54,641 nt of DNA from a virus (lineage: Duplodnaviria; Caudoviricetes). The stretch spans positions 1-54,641 of the IMG/VR virus record IMGVR_UViG_3300007276_000061. One strand, written 5' to 3'. The notes below the pieces were generated by a model that did not search any database, was not told where the DNA came from, and worked only from the letters and a program-made list of their open reading frames with translations. Numbering within the stretch: position 1 is the stretch's first letter; each line of letters begins with the position of its first letter. Made by a program: the position numbers and the translations under genes. Below are positions 25,443-34,801 of the stretch, piece after piece.

Positions 25443-25956
25443 TTTCTCTATTCCATTGTTGTAATGCATCTAATCTATCTGCATTTGCAATACATTGTGC
25501 ATAATTGCTATCAACTGTACCAAGCGCCTCTCTATCTGTAACCATTGCAGGATCAGTATTGGCTGCAAGAGCCGGATCAATAGCACGTCCTAGTGCGGAT
25601 TGATTGTGGGCGTATACCCATCCCTTAGATAAAACATATTGTTCTGGTACGTTATTTACGATAACATCGCGGTTTACGTAAACGATCTTTTCGTGTTCTA
25701 TAATGCGGTCTCTATACTGGACTAGAACGCTTTCAGTGACTTTGCTTTGTGCAAGCTTAACTTCGTCACCTAGTTTTCTAACTTGCAACTCATAACGCGC
25801 AATAGCCGCTTTACCTGTTGCTTCTCCATTGCCATAACCTTTGTTATAAACAATGATAGTACCAACTGATAAAACGGCTAAAGCACCGAGTCCTCCAATA
25901 AGCCACCATTTGATGGAAGCAAAAAAGCTTCCAACTTTAGCTAGTCGGGTTATCAT
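25408..25956 (-). CDS. Inner-membrane spanin
   Basis: N-terminal TM, coiled coil, C-terminal NY.QC...LDALQQW. Confidence 0.7.
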   Translation of the reverse strand: MITRLAKVGSFFASIKWWLIGGLGALAVLSVGTIIVYNKGYGNGEATGKAAIARYELQVRKLGDEVKLAQSKVTESVLVQYRDRIIEHEKIVYVNRDVIVNNVPEQYVLSKGWVYAHNQSALGRAIDPALAANTDPAMVTDREALGTVDSNYAQCIANADRLDALQQWNREIEATSNPTNNR

Positions 25957-26117
25957 TAGTCTCCTTGGGAGGTTCGATAACTCGGTAAATCATCTTACCG
26001 AATGTATCTAACTTTTCGCAGCGTTGAAACGCTTCTTTATATGTATCATAGATTTCTGCGTAGAATTCTAATTCATTGTCTACTTTGTAGCATACAGCAT
26101 AAGGTCCATTAAAGAAC

Positions 26118-26561
26118 TCAGCTTTTGAACTTCTCTTCAAGGTCCACCTGTGATTGCTTAGACTTAGGAGCTTCCGTAAAAGCACTAAGCGGGATTGTAT
26201 GCTGCTCAATATCAGCATCTAGAATTTCAGGATGCTCGTCAATTGAATCTACACGAGTAAGAATGTCATAAATCAGTTGGTAGCGGTCATCAATATGCAT
26301 AGCATAGAATCCGACTTGCTTATTGATATGAATCTTCTTCACATCAACTAGCGCTGCTTTGATCTTTTCTTCTAGCTCTAAACCTCGTTCAGTGACTGGA
26401 TCATCATTGTAATCCATTTCAACGATTTCTTCCGCACACATAAGAGCAACCATAGGCTCTTTTTCAAGATATGCCTCTAGTTCCTCTCGATTTTGGTGAA
26501 CAACGTGTACTTCACCATCAATGCCAACTATGGCGAATACCTTAATCATTAGCGTGCTCAT
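26118..26561 (-). CDS. Hypothetical protein
   Basis: ORF track; overlapping operon arrangement. Confidence 0.55.
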   Translation of the reverse strand: MSTLMIKVFAIVGIDGEVHVVHQNREELEAYLEKEPMVALMCAEEIVEMDYNDDPVTERGLELEEKIKAALVDVKKIHINKQVGFYAMHIDDRYQLIYDILTRVDSIDEHPEILDADIEQHTIPLSAFTEAPKSKQSQVDLEEKFKS

Positions 26562-26823
26562 TACAAAGAGTTTTGATCCAACCTCGATCTGACCGAGAGC
26601 GTCCTGGGTTACCGCATACTTCGCAGGTAATCTCCGACAGTTCTTCTGCTCTAGCTACTTCTGAGCTAAAGTGCTGATCGCCTCCGTTATAATAGAAACG
26701 AAGAGTTCCGAATTTTTCTTTAATTTGTTCAACTACAACAGGAGTCTCACACTGACCTGCAGTTTCTTCAAGCTCATCTAGGATGCTCTTCCATCCTCGG
26801 CCAACATAATCAGCATATGCCAT
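26542..26823 (-). CDS. Conserved phage protein with Zn ribbon
   Basis: QIKEKFGTLRFY...CEVCG...LC..H; RBS AAGGA. Confidence 0.7.
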   Translation of the reverse strand: MAYADYVGRGWKSILDELEETAGQCETPVVVEQIKEKFGTLRFYYNGGDQHFSSEVARAEELSEITCEVCGNPGRSRSDRGWIKTLCNEHAND

Positions 26824-26844
26824 TCTAGTTCCTTTAAAAGTTAA

Positions 26845-27240
26845 GTGGCCCGTTCTGTTGCCAGGTGGAACCCATACCCCGGAAACTCAAGCCGCTAGGC
26901 GGAGTTCCGATACAAAGTTATCGTTTGCATTTATAAAGTGACACTTTGTCAGGCAATAATCTCAAACTATCTCATTTCACGTCAGTCGATTGCCAAAACG
27001 CCCACATCATAAATTCTATCAGGTCTTTACACTACAGCTAGTATCACCTATGCGACGATTGCCCTAAATCGCTCCCTCCGAGTTATGAGTCGGCCGTGCT
27101 TGGAGGCTTACAAGACCTCAGGACTAAACTTTTCGATATAGGGACAAGTCCTTGTAAAACCAGCCTATATCTAGATAGAATTTATGGTGTAGGCGAGGAG
27201 AGTCGAACTCCTGTCCTGCACGTCTTTTGATAATCGTCAC
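26845..27240 (-). ncRNA. ssrA: Circularly permuted two-piece tmRNA
   Basis: Acceptor piece (T arm, CGCCTAC-A-CCA, ends 27185) precedes coding piece (starts GTGGGCG at 27005); G3:U70; tag 26928-26887 reads ANDNFVSELRLAA*. Confidence 0.93.
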
Positions 27241-27353
27241 CGATTATAATGTAACTCTCTACAGAGAGTATTATTTAACGAATCACTCGAAGAGCACTCA
27301 TTATTTAGTCCTTTCATTTGATTTAGATATAATATCAAAATCCGGGACTAAAG

Positions 27354-27596
27354 TCAAGAACTTTTTTCAGCCAATCTATTTGTCTTTTCCACCCAATGAT
27401 CTTTGACACTCATGCCATAGTCTGGATGGTTACGACTTAGATTAGCAGGAATATAGGAAGGGCCAGATTGACGAGTATATCGTTGAGATCGTAGTTCGCG
27501 CTTCGCAATCATACGAGCTTTATGAGCAGCTTCGCGCTCTTCCTTAGTAGAGCCTTTTTCTAGCATTTCACATGCACGAGCGTTCTTAAACGTCAT
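27354..27596 (-). CDS. Hypothetical basic protein
   Basis: ATGA-coupled to upstream ORF. Confidence 0.55.
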   Translation of the reverse strand: MTFKNARACEMLEKGSTKEEREAAHKARMIAKRELRSQRYTRQSGPSYIPANLSRNHPDYGMSVKDHWVEKTNRLAEKSS

Positions 27597-27805
27597 ACTG
27601 CAACAGGCTCCTTGCCGTAACGAGTACGGAAGTAATCAATGCTGAGGAATAGAATATTACGGTTATTCTTAGGCCACTTTGACTCTACGAGTACTCGGTC
27701 GCCTACAACAGCCATAACTTTAGCTTCGCATTTACCGTCTTTACGTTTGTGAAACATTTTCACCCTTTTCGTTATATGAGATAAATTTAGCAATTGCATC
27801 AGCAA
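27593..27805 (-). CDS. Hypothetical protein (start probably MFHKRK)
   Basis: ORF track. Confidence 0.45.
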   Translation of the reverse strand: MLMQLLNLSHITKRVKMFHKRKDGKCEAKVMAVVGDRVLVESKWPKNNRNILFLSIDYFRTRYGKEPVAV

Positions 27806-27953
27806 TATCTAAAAAGGTACCCATAGTCAATTCACGATTAGCTCTCATAGGCATCGTAAGACTAAGGGCATGTTCTACTGCTTTTGCTCTTACTACTGTA
27901 TCATCCATTAATAAGAACCTTCCGTTCTGCATCAGCCTTACGCTGACGTACAA
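27741..27953 (-). CDS. Hypothetical protein (start probably MDDT)
   Basis: ORF track. Confidence 0.45.
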   Translation of the reverse strand: MYVSVRLMQNGRFLLMDDTVVRAKAVEHALSLTMPMRANRELTMGTFLDIADAIAKFISYNEKGENVSQT

Positions 27954-28104
27954 TACCAGCGCGCTTCACACGCCGACGCTTTTCGCTAGGCTTTTCATAC
28001 GCCTGCTTTTCTTGTAGCTTACGGAACATACCGTCGTCTGCAAGCTTACGCTTTAGAACTTTAATAGCACGGTCTACGTTACCGTTGCGTACTTCAATAA
28101 TCAC
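27901..28104 (-). CDS. rpsU: Ribosomal protein bS21
   Basis: VRNGNVDRAIKVLKRK...YEKPSEKRRR. Confidence 0.9.
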   Translation of the reverse strand: MIIEVRNGNVDRAIKVLKRKLADDGMFRKLQEKQAYEKPSEKRRRVKRAGIVRQRKADAERKVLING

Positions 28105-28529
28105 TTATATTTCTCAATCTGTTTGTTGATTTCAGCTTCTAGTAGCGGTTCAGGAGCTACCCATCCTTCTGGTTTAATCCACTTTCCATCATGTTCTCTA
28201 ACACGAGGTTTACCATCTGGCCAAAGCTTAGCAAACTGTGAATCCATCACAATGCTATAAAGCTTACCAGGAGCGACTCCGCACTCCACCAGACCACCTA
28301 AAGCGAACACGATTACATCTAGATAGCCATCTACTTGGCCTACTAGGTCGTCTCCTGCTTCTAGGATTTCATCAGCTTCTTCTTTAATCCACAGTGCTCG
28401 ACGTTCACGATGGAACTGATCTTGAGCAGTCGGACTTCTAGGGGCAGGCGTTCCGAATGTCAAGTGTACGTCACGCATCACCTGCCAAGCTTCGTTAAGG
28501 CCTAAACCTGCATTTTCTGTATTTTTCAT
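28101..28529 (-). CDS. MazG/PRA-PH-like NTP pyrophosphohydrolase
   Basis: EEADEI...VDGYLDVIV...DGKP..R..DGKWIKPEGW. Confidence 0.75.
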   Translation of the reverse strand: MKNTENAGLGLNEAWQVMRDVHLTFGTPAPRSPTAQDQFHRERRALWIKEEADEILEAGDDLVGQVDGYLDVIVFALGGLVECGVAPGKLYSIVMDSQFAKLWPDGKPRVREHDGKWIKPEGWVAPEPLLEAEINKQIEKYK

Positions 28530-28744
28530 TTATTCACCTTAAAGAGCATACCCTGAACTACAGCCATAATCGTTGCTGATTCATATTTGAAGTCACTACC
28601 TTCAAGATCAACACCATTTTCTAGCGCCCAAGGATACAAATATTCTGAGATGAATTCCATTGCTTCAACGGATCTATTGGTAGGTAGTTCAACTACCGGA
28701 GGTACTGGCTTACGATATGCTGCCAGGCTTACAACTTTACTCAT
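28526..28744 (-). CDS. Hypothetical protein
   Basis: Coupled in operon. Confidence 0.55.
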   Translation of the reverse strand: MSKVVSLAAYRKPVPPVVELPTNRSVEAMEFISEYLYPWALENGVDLEGSDFKYESATIMAVVQGMLFKVNK

Positions 28745-28921
28745 TTATTTCCTTTTATTAAACGTCCATCCGCGTTTACGTAAGTTATGAACTTGAGAAT
28801 AGATGGATTGTTCGGTACGACCTGGCAACTTCAAGAGGAGCGCATCTATTGTTATGGCACCATAATATTTCTTGAGCGTATAGCGCTCCTCTTGAGTCCA
28901 TGGCTTCAATTTGTATACCAT
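28745..28921 (-). CDS. Myb/HTH-like small protein, probably leaderless
   Basis: PWTQEERYTLKKYY...LPGRTEQSIY; ATG 6 nt after TATACT. Confidence 0.65.
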   Translation of the reverse strand: MVYKLKPWTQEERYTLKKYYGAITIDALLLKLPGRTEQSIYSQVHNLRKRGWTFNKRK

Positions 28922-29047
28922 TTAAACAGTATAGATTAGTTCAGGACAAATGTCAAGAACTAAATCACATGAAGCTGTGGTAGATTGCTCCGAAGCCCCA
29001 GAAGACTAGAGAGACACCAGATCATCAATCCTGCGGCAGTAAAATCA

Positions 29048-29335
29048 TTATCCATACGCCATTTCGTGCTGTCCGCACGCCTTATGATTTAAAAGAAAAA
29101 TGTTTTCAGTCATACAGTGTACTTCATCAGTACCCATATCTTTGTACCACATTAGTACTAGTTCGTCGACGTTACCTTCGTCATCCTCGATCTCTTGTAG
29201 TTCCATGTCAATGACACGAACTAACCTTTGATTTTTTAAACTCATCCAAGTGAGATCATAGATATCAATATGCACGTTATCTCCCCATGCGATCTGGATT
29301 ATCTTTCCAGCTTTGAAGAATAGCAGTTTCTTCAA
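29048..29335 (-). CDS. Hypothetical protein
   Basis: ORF track. Confidence 0.5.
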   Translation of the reverse strand: MKKLLFFKAGKIIQIAWGDNVHIDIYDLTWMSLKNQRLVRVIDMELQEIEDDEGNVDELVLMWYKDMGTDEVHCMTENIFLLNHKACGQHEMAYG

Positions 29336-29338
29336 TAA

Positions 29339-29575
29339 TTAATCGTAGAATTTCTTACTAGAAATATACATCCAAACAACAATTGCAGTAATAATATTAA
29401 GAAACGGGAATATTCCGAATCCTGCACACATTATAAGAGCAAATGTGGGAACTTTCCAGTTAGGCATATATAATCCTCTATATTCAGAAGACATATAAAA
29501 TGCAGTAAAAATTCCTGCATAAGTAATTAATACTGGTATAATATAGAAAATCCAGAGTGCAATTCTATCTGTCAT
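29339..29575 (-). CDS. Membrane protein
   Basis: Two hydrophobic segments. Confidence 0.55.
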   Translation of the reverse strand: MTDRIALWIFYIIPVLITYAGIFTAFYMSSEYRGLYMPNWKVPTFALIMCAGFGIFPFLNIITAIVVWMYISSKKFYD

Positions 29576-29907
29576 GTTACTGTATTATCACGATCTAACC
29601 GTTCGATTTCGGCGACGATCAGAGCGCCAGCCCGAACGAGATCAGAACGTCGATCCTTAGGTTTCCACCACGATCGATCCCATGGCCATGAATGGCTGAT
29701 GGCTACGCTCGATACACTGTCGAAAAAATCTTCATCCGTATGGTGTCCGCCTGCGTTGAGAGCATAGCAGGCTGCCGCTCGCGCCATTTGATAGTCGTCG
29801 TGTTCGTCGTCATGTCCACTAGACCAACCTTCTACTTCAATTTGTCGTTGACGCTCAATAGCTATTGCATTCAGCGCAGAATTACGTATTTCATTTATAT
29901 TTGTCAT
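29572..29907 (-). CDS. Conserved phage protein
   Basis: ERQRQIEVEGW...HDDEH...WPW...RRSDLVRAGALIVAEIERLDR. Confidence 0.7.
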   Translation of the reverse strand: MTNINEIRNSALNAIAIERQRQIEVEGWSSGHDDEHDDYQMARAAACYALNAGGHHTDEDFFDSVSSVAISHSWPWDRSWWKPKDRRSDLVRAGALIVAEIERLDRDNTVT

Positions 29908-30581
29908 GTTATATCCACAATTGTAAAGTAACCACCATCATCAAAGCAAGCACCAGTATCAATCCAGCTTTGATTACCACTAGTGAAAGGCTTATTCATC
30001 ACGTTATGCCCGTAATACACATGGTCAATACCTGGAACGATATTAGGATCGCCCTGCATATCGTTGATCATAGCTTTCTTCAAATGAGAACGCCCCCAAA
30101 TCATTTCTGTTTGATAGAAATCAACGAAGGTTGCTGCCATATCCCAATGATGGCCAACAAAGCAAGAATGGATAACTCCAATTCTCTTACCAGAAGGCAC
30201 ATGCACTTCTAGGATAATAGGTAGCGTACTCAGCTTGGCCGAAATATCATAGTGTAATTGAGAATTTCCACTATAATATAACTTCCAGAACCATTTACCA
30301 CCATGCTTCTTATGAGTCTTACGATCTTGTCTAGTTGCTGCCCATTCATCATGGTTTCCAAGAACCGCATGAAACCATGGCTTATTTAACCACTTAAGAA
30401 CTTGCTCGCTTTCGGGACCACGATCAATTAGATCACCTGTTGACACCAGATGGTCTTGGGTAGGGTCAAACCCTAGTTTATCTAGTTCAGCTTGAAGCTT
30501 AGAAAAGCAACCATGGATATCACCAACAACGTAAACTTTACGTGCCTGCGTTAGGTCTAAAATTTTGAACTTGTCGGCCAT
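29904..30581 (-). CDS. Ser/Thr protein phosphatase (lambda NinI/PphA-like)
   Basis: GDIHG, GDLIDRG, GNHD, GHN, IDTGA. Confidence 0.88.
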   Translation of the reverse strand: MADKFKILDLTQARKVYVVGDIHGCFSKLQAELDKLGFDPTQDHLVSTGDLIDRGPESEQVLKWLNKPWFHAVLGNHDEWAATRQDRKTHKKHGGKWFWKLYYSGNSQLHYDISAKLSTLPIILEVHVPSGKRIGVIHSCFVGHHWDMAATFVDFYQTEMIWGRSHLKKAMINDMQGDPNIVPGIDHVYYGHNVMNKPFTSGNQSWIDTGACFDDGGYFTIVDIT

Positions 30582-30807
30582 TAAGCAATTCCCATTTATC
30601 TTCTTCAAATTTAACCCAGACTTCCGCAGAGTTTACTTGTTTCTTTTTCTCACGCAAACTCATAATAGTCATAGGATCTTGTTCAAACTTAAACAGTGTT
30701 CGTAGAATGCCTAGGAAGTTGAAATATTGCTCAGAGCCAAAATAACGTACATCAGGCGAATAAGAGTTTCGCGAGATATGTTTCTGCATTTCTGTGTTGG
30801 TTTTCAT
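30538..30807 (-). CDS. Hypothetical protein
   Basis: RBS GAGG; downstream of promoter. Confidence 0.5.
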   Translation of the reverse strand: MKTNTEMQKHISRNSYSPDVRYFGSEQYFNFLGILRTLFKFEQDPMTIMSLREKKKQVNSAEVWVKFEEDKWELLNGRQVQNFRPNAGT

Positions 30808-30922
30808 TCTCTACCTCTTTAACTTGTATTTATATTAGCAAAATTCAGGACTAAAGTCAAGAAACATTTTTAAGGAAGCGCGTAATTTTAGGAAAATTTA
30901 AGGCGAGATCGGCGCGAACATC

Positions 30923-30955
30923 AAAAAAGGGAGCGTTTTACGGCTCCCTTCTTTT
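30923..30955. terminator. Intrinsic terminator, possibly bidirectional
   Basis: AAGGGAGC/GCTCCCTT stem flanked by A and T runs. Confidence 0.65.
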
Positions 30956-31008
30956 CCCACGAAGTGGGATGTCGGCTGTTTATACATTTACACCTGCACC
31001 CGTGACCG

Positions 31009-31479
31009 TTAAACCCAGCCACGTTCTCTACGGTGAGCCTCTAGCTCTGCGTAGAAAACCATATACTTAGCCATACGCTTCGTATCTTTCTCTGTGACGC
31101 CCTTTAGACGTCTAAAGTCACCGTTATGCTTCAAGTCTGCCATTTTTACAATGCAAGCAGCAGGATCTTCCTTAATAGCCTTTTTATAGGCCTCATAGGA
31201 CTGACCGGGCATCTTAGTGAGAGCCATTACTGCACGAATAACTTTATCCGTAGCACCAGCTTCAATAAGCTCGTCCCAAGTTACGTTACAATCTTCAATA
31301 ACGTCATGAAGAACAGCAGTAGCTAGAACTTCTTCGTCTTCGGACTCGCACAAACCCATTACTGCTAGAGGATGCAGAATATAGGGGCGACCACCTTTAT
31401 CAAATTGTCCAGCGTGAGCGTTCGTAGCAAGAACGATCATTTTTCCAAGCATTTCACCGCGTTTCATATCTTCCCTCAC
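31009..31479 (-). CDS. HD-domain hydrolase (SpoT/Mesh1-like)
   Basis: AHAGQ.DKGGRPYILHP...LHDVIED...LTK...VKMADLKHN. Confidence 0.8.
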   Translation of the reverse strand: MREDMKRGEMLGKMIVLATNAHAGQFDKGGRPYILHPLAVMGLCESEDEEVLATAVLHDVIEDCNVTWDELIEAGATDKVIRAVMALTKMPGQSYEAYKKAIKEDPAACIVKMADLKHNGDFRRLKGVTEKDTKRMAKYMVFYAELEAHRRERGWV

Positions 31480-31515
31480 TTTCTATATTTATCTTAAGGG
31501 ATAACGGGCTAAAAG

Positions 31516-31698
31516 TCAAGAATGTTTTTCAACATCATTGTCATAATCTTCTGCGTAAACGCGTACTTGAGCGACAAAATATTCAGGACCCTTAATATTG
31601 CCTAGAAGAACGTCATAGACGTCCTCTGCACAATCAGGATCACCCATTTGTTCAGCTATCCATAGCGCTTTCGCGTAGCGATGTGTCGTCAGTCTCAT
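31516..31698 (-). CDS. Hypothetical protein
   Basis: ORF track. Confidence 0.4.
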   Translation of the reverse strand: MRLTTHRYAKALWIAEQMGDPDCAEDVYDVLLGNIKGPEYFVAQVRVYAEDYDNDVEKHS

Positions 31699-31999
31699 AA
31701 ATTTCTCTCAATGCTGTGTGTAGAGCTTTTAGATCCAATTTGCCAGTTTTAGCTAGCGTTGGAATCTCTTTGCCAATCCATCGACCAATATCTTCCACCA
31801 AGTCTTCTTTTTTGACAATGGCGTCTCCAGTTTTTGTTGTTCTAACCGGAGTGATGTAGACTCCTTCGCCCGCAAGCTTTGCAATAACAGAGCGTGTCGA
31901 TTTCCCAATACGCGCGGAGATTTTGTCGACCGTTTCTCGACTGGGTGATGCGGTGTATTCATCGACAATCTCCTGCGTTAATTCATCAGAATAACTCAT
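31652..31999 (-). CDS. A2/D3-like HTH DNA-binding protein
   Basis: ISARIGKSTRSVIAKLAGEGVY; RBS GGAGG. Confidence 0.6.
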   Translation of the reverse strand: MSYSDELTQEIVDEYTASPSRETVDKISARIGKSTRSVIAKLAGEGVYITPVRTTKTGDAIVKKEDLVEDIGRWIGKEIPTLAKTGKLDLKALHTALREIYETDDTSLRESAMDS

Positions 32000-32000
32000 G

Positions 32001-32396
32001 TTATTCCTCCTTATACCTAATATACAATCCTAGCTGCCTGCCGAAAGCCTCGATCTCCCATGGTGAATCCCAGTATTCGTCATCAGTAGTTTCCTTATAA
32101 GAAACACCTTCCCAAATAACTGTGTCACCAACTGAACTCATTTGTCCAGTTACGTATTGCTTTATATGCACCATTTCATGTGCTAGAATACTAAGAATTG
32201 GTTCTGCGTGATTTCTAGGATCAAGTTGGATGATTCCAACTCTTTCTTCAGCGTCCCAATCACAGGAGCCAATCAAACCTTTACCAACTTTAGTGCGTTC
32301 AATTAAAACGGTAAAATCCTCATTGTCGATACCCAACTTCTTAGCGTAGAAGCAAGCCGCTTTAGCTAATCCTTCGGGTCCGACAATGAGGGCCAT
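32001..32396 (-). CDS. Zincin-like metallopeptidase
   Basis: LAHEMVHIKQ...PWEIEA. Confidence 0.75.
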   Translation of the reverse strand: MALIVGPEGLAKAACFYAKKLGIDNEDFTVLIERTKVGKGLIGSCDWDAEERVGIIQLDPRNHAEPILSILAHEMVHIKQYVTGQMSSVGDTVIWEGVSYKETTDDEYWDSPWEIEAFGRQLGLYIRYKEE

Positions 32397-32414
32397 TTTA
32401 TTACCTTATAGTTT

Positions 32415-32627
32415 CTAGAAAAACGTGAATTTGTCTTCGTTGTTAGGTTCATCCTCTACAACAACAATATCTGCACCATTATTAAGTGCTGTGATAAAGT
32501 CTTGAAGAGTATCATCTTGCTGTCCACGATAAACTAGCAAGTTATAATGAGCCTTTAGAATTTCCGCGATGTAGTCATATTCACTTTCTTCGAAAGCGCA
32601 AATGTTGTCTTCTTCATCATAGTCCAT
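32415..32627 (-). CDS. Acidic hypothetical protein
   Basis: RBS AGGAG; promoter upstream. Confidence 0.55.
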   Translation of the reverse strand: MDYDEEDNICAFEESEYDYIAEILKAHYNLLVYRGQQDDTLQDFITALNNGADIVVVEDEPNNEDKFTFF

Positions 32628-32691
32628 AAGGGTGTCTCCTACTATTGAATAACTATACTACATGATTTCAGGGGAGAAGTCAAGTAAATTT

Positions 32692-32958
32692 TTAATCTTT
32701 GGTCTTCTGGACCTCCGAAAATTTATCCAATACCTTACGAAGAAGTTCATAGACGCTTTGATTACGTTCATGGCCTTCGATGCGAAATTGCTCATAAACT
32801 TCAGGAACGCCTAATCGTGGTTCGCCTCTTTGTTCAACAGCAAAAGAATAATCACTAGTATCTGCTAGATTAGAGATATTAGCTCCAGTAATACGACCAA
32901 TTTCAAACTGACGCGTTACATCGCCACCCGGCCAAACTTCAATCTTTACAACTAGCAT
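32692..32958 (-). CDS. Hypothetical protein
   Basis: ORF track; coupled. Confidence 0.6.
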   Translation of the reverse strand: MLVVKIEVWPGGDVTRQFEIGRITGANISNLADTSDYSFAVEQRGEPRLGVPEVYEQFRIEGHERNQSVYELLRKVLDKFSEVQKTKD

Positions 32959-32959
32959 T

Positions 32960-33550
32960 TTAGTCCTTTGTATACCAATCTGTGCGTTCAGGGACTCCGC
33001 GAGAAACAGCTTCTTGCAGAGTTAGTGGGAAGTAGTTTGTCTGTTCTACGGAAACGCAAACATAGCGTTTGTCTTCCTTAAAACGATTCTTAGCTTGCAT
33101 AACTTTGTGAGCATGCAGGTGGCCATGAATGTTCAGACCCCAACGACCCAGACTTTCTTCATGGATCGGGATATGAGACAGAATCAGTTTACCACCTTCT
33201 TCTGTTTTCTTCACGACATAGGCACGAATATCATCGAAGTAAGGCAGATAATCTTTCAGAGCAAATATATCATGGTTACCTTTCACTAGAACCATACGAC
33301 CATTCAGTCGACTTAGAACGTGTAGAGCCTTACGATTAATAGCAACATCACCCAGGTGATAAACTCGATCTGAAGGACCAACTACACTATTCCAGTTTTG
33401 GATCATAGCTTCATCCATTTCCTGAGTATCATCCCACGGACGCAGCTTATCTACACCATTAGGGGCCATGAACCGGCAAACACCAGCATGACCAAAGTGT
33501 GTATCACTAATTACCCAACTTTGATTTTTCATATCTTTTTGTCTCTTCAT
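32960..33550 (-). CDS. Calcineurin-like metallophosphoesterase
   Basis: SDTHFGH, HLGD, GNHD, SHIP, HGHLH. Confidence 0.88.
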   Translation of the reverse strand: MKRQKDMKNQSWVISDTHFGHAGVCRFMAPNGVDKLRPWDDTQEMDEAMIQNWNSVVGPSDRVYHLGDVAINRKALHVLSRLNGRMVLVKGNHDIFALKDYLPYFDDIRAYVVKKTEEGGKLILSHIPIHEESLGRWGLNIHGHLHAHKVMQAKNRFKEDKRYVCVSVEQTNYFPLTLQEAVSRGVPERTDWYTKD

Positions 33551-33742
33551 AAACAGCTTTTGCTGCGTAATAGCCCATCATAAATGATTTGCTTTTAAAA
33601 TGAGGATCAAATCCATAACCTATTTGAAACGCATTCCAGCCTTCCTCATAGTCACTTTTCATTTTGATCAATCCAAGTTAGCACATTATTGAGTGCGTGT
33701 TTATAGCCCAACTGATATTCAGTTAGTTCATTACTATCTTCA

Positions 33743-33943
33743 TCACCTATTACAGGGTGAGGCTGAATTGCCATTATGTTTGCTTTCAGCATTGTCTTCA
33801 GTTTCTCTACTTCCATTACCCTCACCCTCCATATACCAACTCGGCATTTCTAACGCCTTTGGGTCCTCCCACCACTTAGGAATCTCTTCCACTGTGATCG
33901 AAGGACCCTCACGTTCTCGCCATTTTTCGTAGAACTTAACCAC
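33743..33943 (-). CDS. Hypothetical protein
   Basis: ORF track. Confidence 0.4.
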   Translation of the reverse strand: MVKFYEKWREREGPSITVEEIPKWWEDPKALEMPSWYMEGEGNGSRETEDNAESKHNGNSASPCNR

Positions 33944-34259
33944 GTGCTTTCACAACGAACTTACAGTAGGCTGGAGAACTATCATTATAGCCACCATATG
34001 TAGCAGCTCTATAGTCGCCGGTAACATCTTTTGTAGTAACCATCTTATCAAACGTTTCTCGCACATATTGTGCTAGAATTTGTTTGACTTGTTCTTCTGT
34101 AAATGTGTAGGTAACTTCTACGTTTACAGTTGGCTTGTCACTATCAAAAGATTCTCTAACAGAACTGGTTTCTCGCATATCTAGGTAGCTACGTCCCGAG
34201 CCAAAACGATCAGATTGAGTTTCGTAGCTACCACCATTAGGATGATCATTAGCGGGCAA
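33936..34259 (-). CDS. Hypothetical protein
   Basis: ORF track. Confidence 0.5.
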   Translation of the reverse strand: MPANDHPNGGSYETQSDRFGSGRSYLDMRETSSVRESFDSDKPTVNVEVTYTFTEEQVKQILAQYVRETFDKMVTTKDVTGDYRAATYGGYNDSSPAYCKFVVKARG

Positions 34260-34572
34260 TTGCAGCCTCCAGCAGCTTAAGGTCAGGCACAGTCATCTTG
34301 CTCAGAGACGGGATAGGAGTTTCAAGACGCTCATATAGCCGAGCCACAATGTCATCCTTCGAATCGCCCTTGGCCTTACCAGTAGCCTTTTCACGAGGGT
34401 CTTTAGCTTGATAAGGCACATCCAGTGCGCGAGCCTTAGCTACAACGCTACGCGAGGTAATACCCGGCGAAACATCCTTATACTTCTCAGCAAATGCTAC
34501 AGCTAGACCGTGGTTCAAAACTTCGATAGACCGCAGTTCGGATAGCATAGTTTCAGTGTATTTAACAGCCAT
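34249..34572 (-). CDS. A2/D3-like DNA-binding protein
   Basis: TSRSVVAKARAL...Y...K.DIV...IPSLSK resembles 31652..31999. Confidence 0.55.
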   Translation of the reverse strand: MAVKYTETMLSELRSIEVLNHGLAVAFAEKYKDVSPGITSRSVVAKARALDVPYQAKDPREKATGKAKGDSKDDIVARLYERLETPIPSLSKMTVPDLKLLEAAIAR

Positions 34573-34801
34573 ATTATCTTTTTCTTTCCTAGTTGCGGAC
34601 TATTCCGCTCATTTAATGCCTCAATATAAGGCATTTGAGCCTTAAAGTCAAGATTTGTTTTTCAGGTAGTTATATTCAATATGCATGATTGCGCTGATAA
34701 CAAATGCGCCAGCAGCAAAAGGAGCACTATCTCCAGTTTTTAGTATAAGATGTAGTGCAGCTAAAATAAGACAAGCCCACCAACCAAGCCAGATACTATT
34801 T

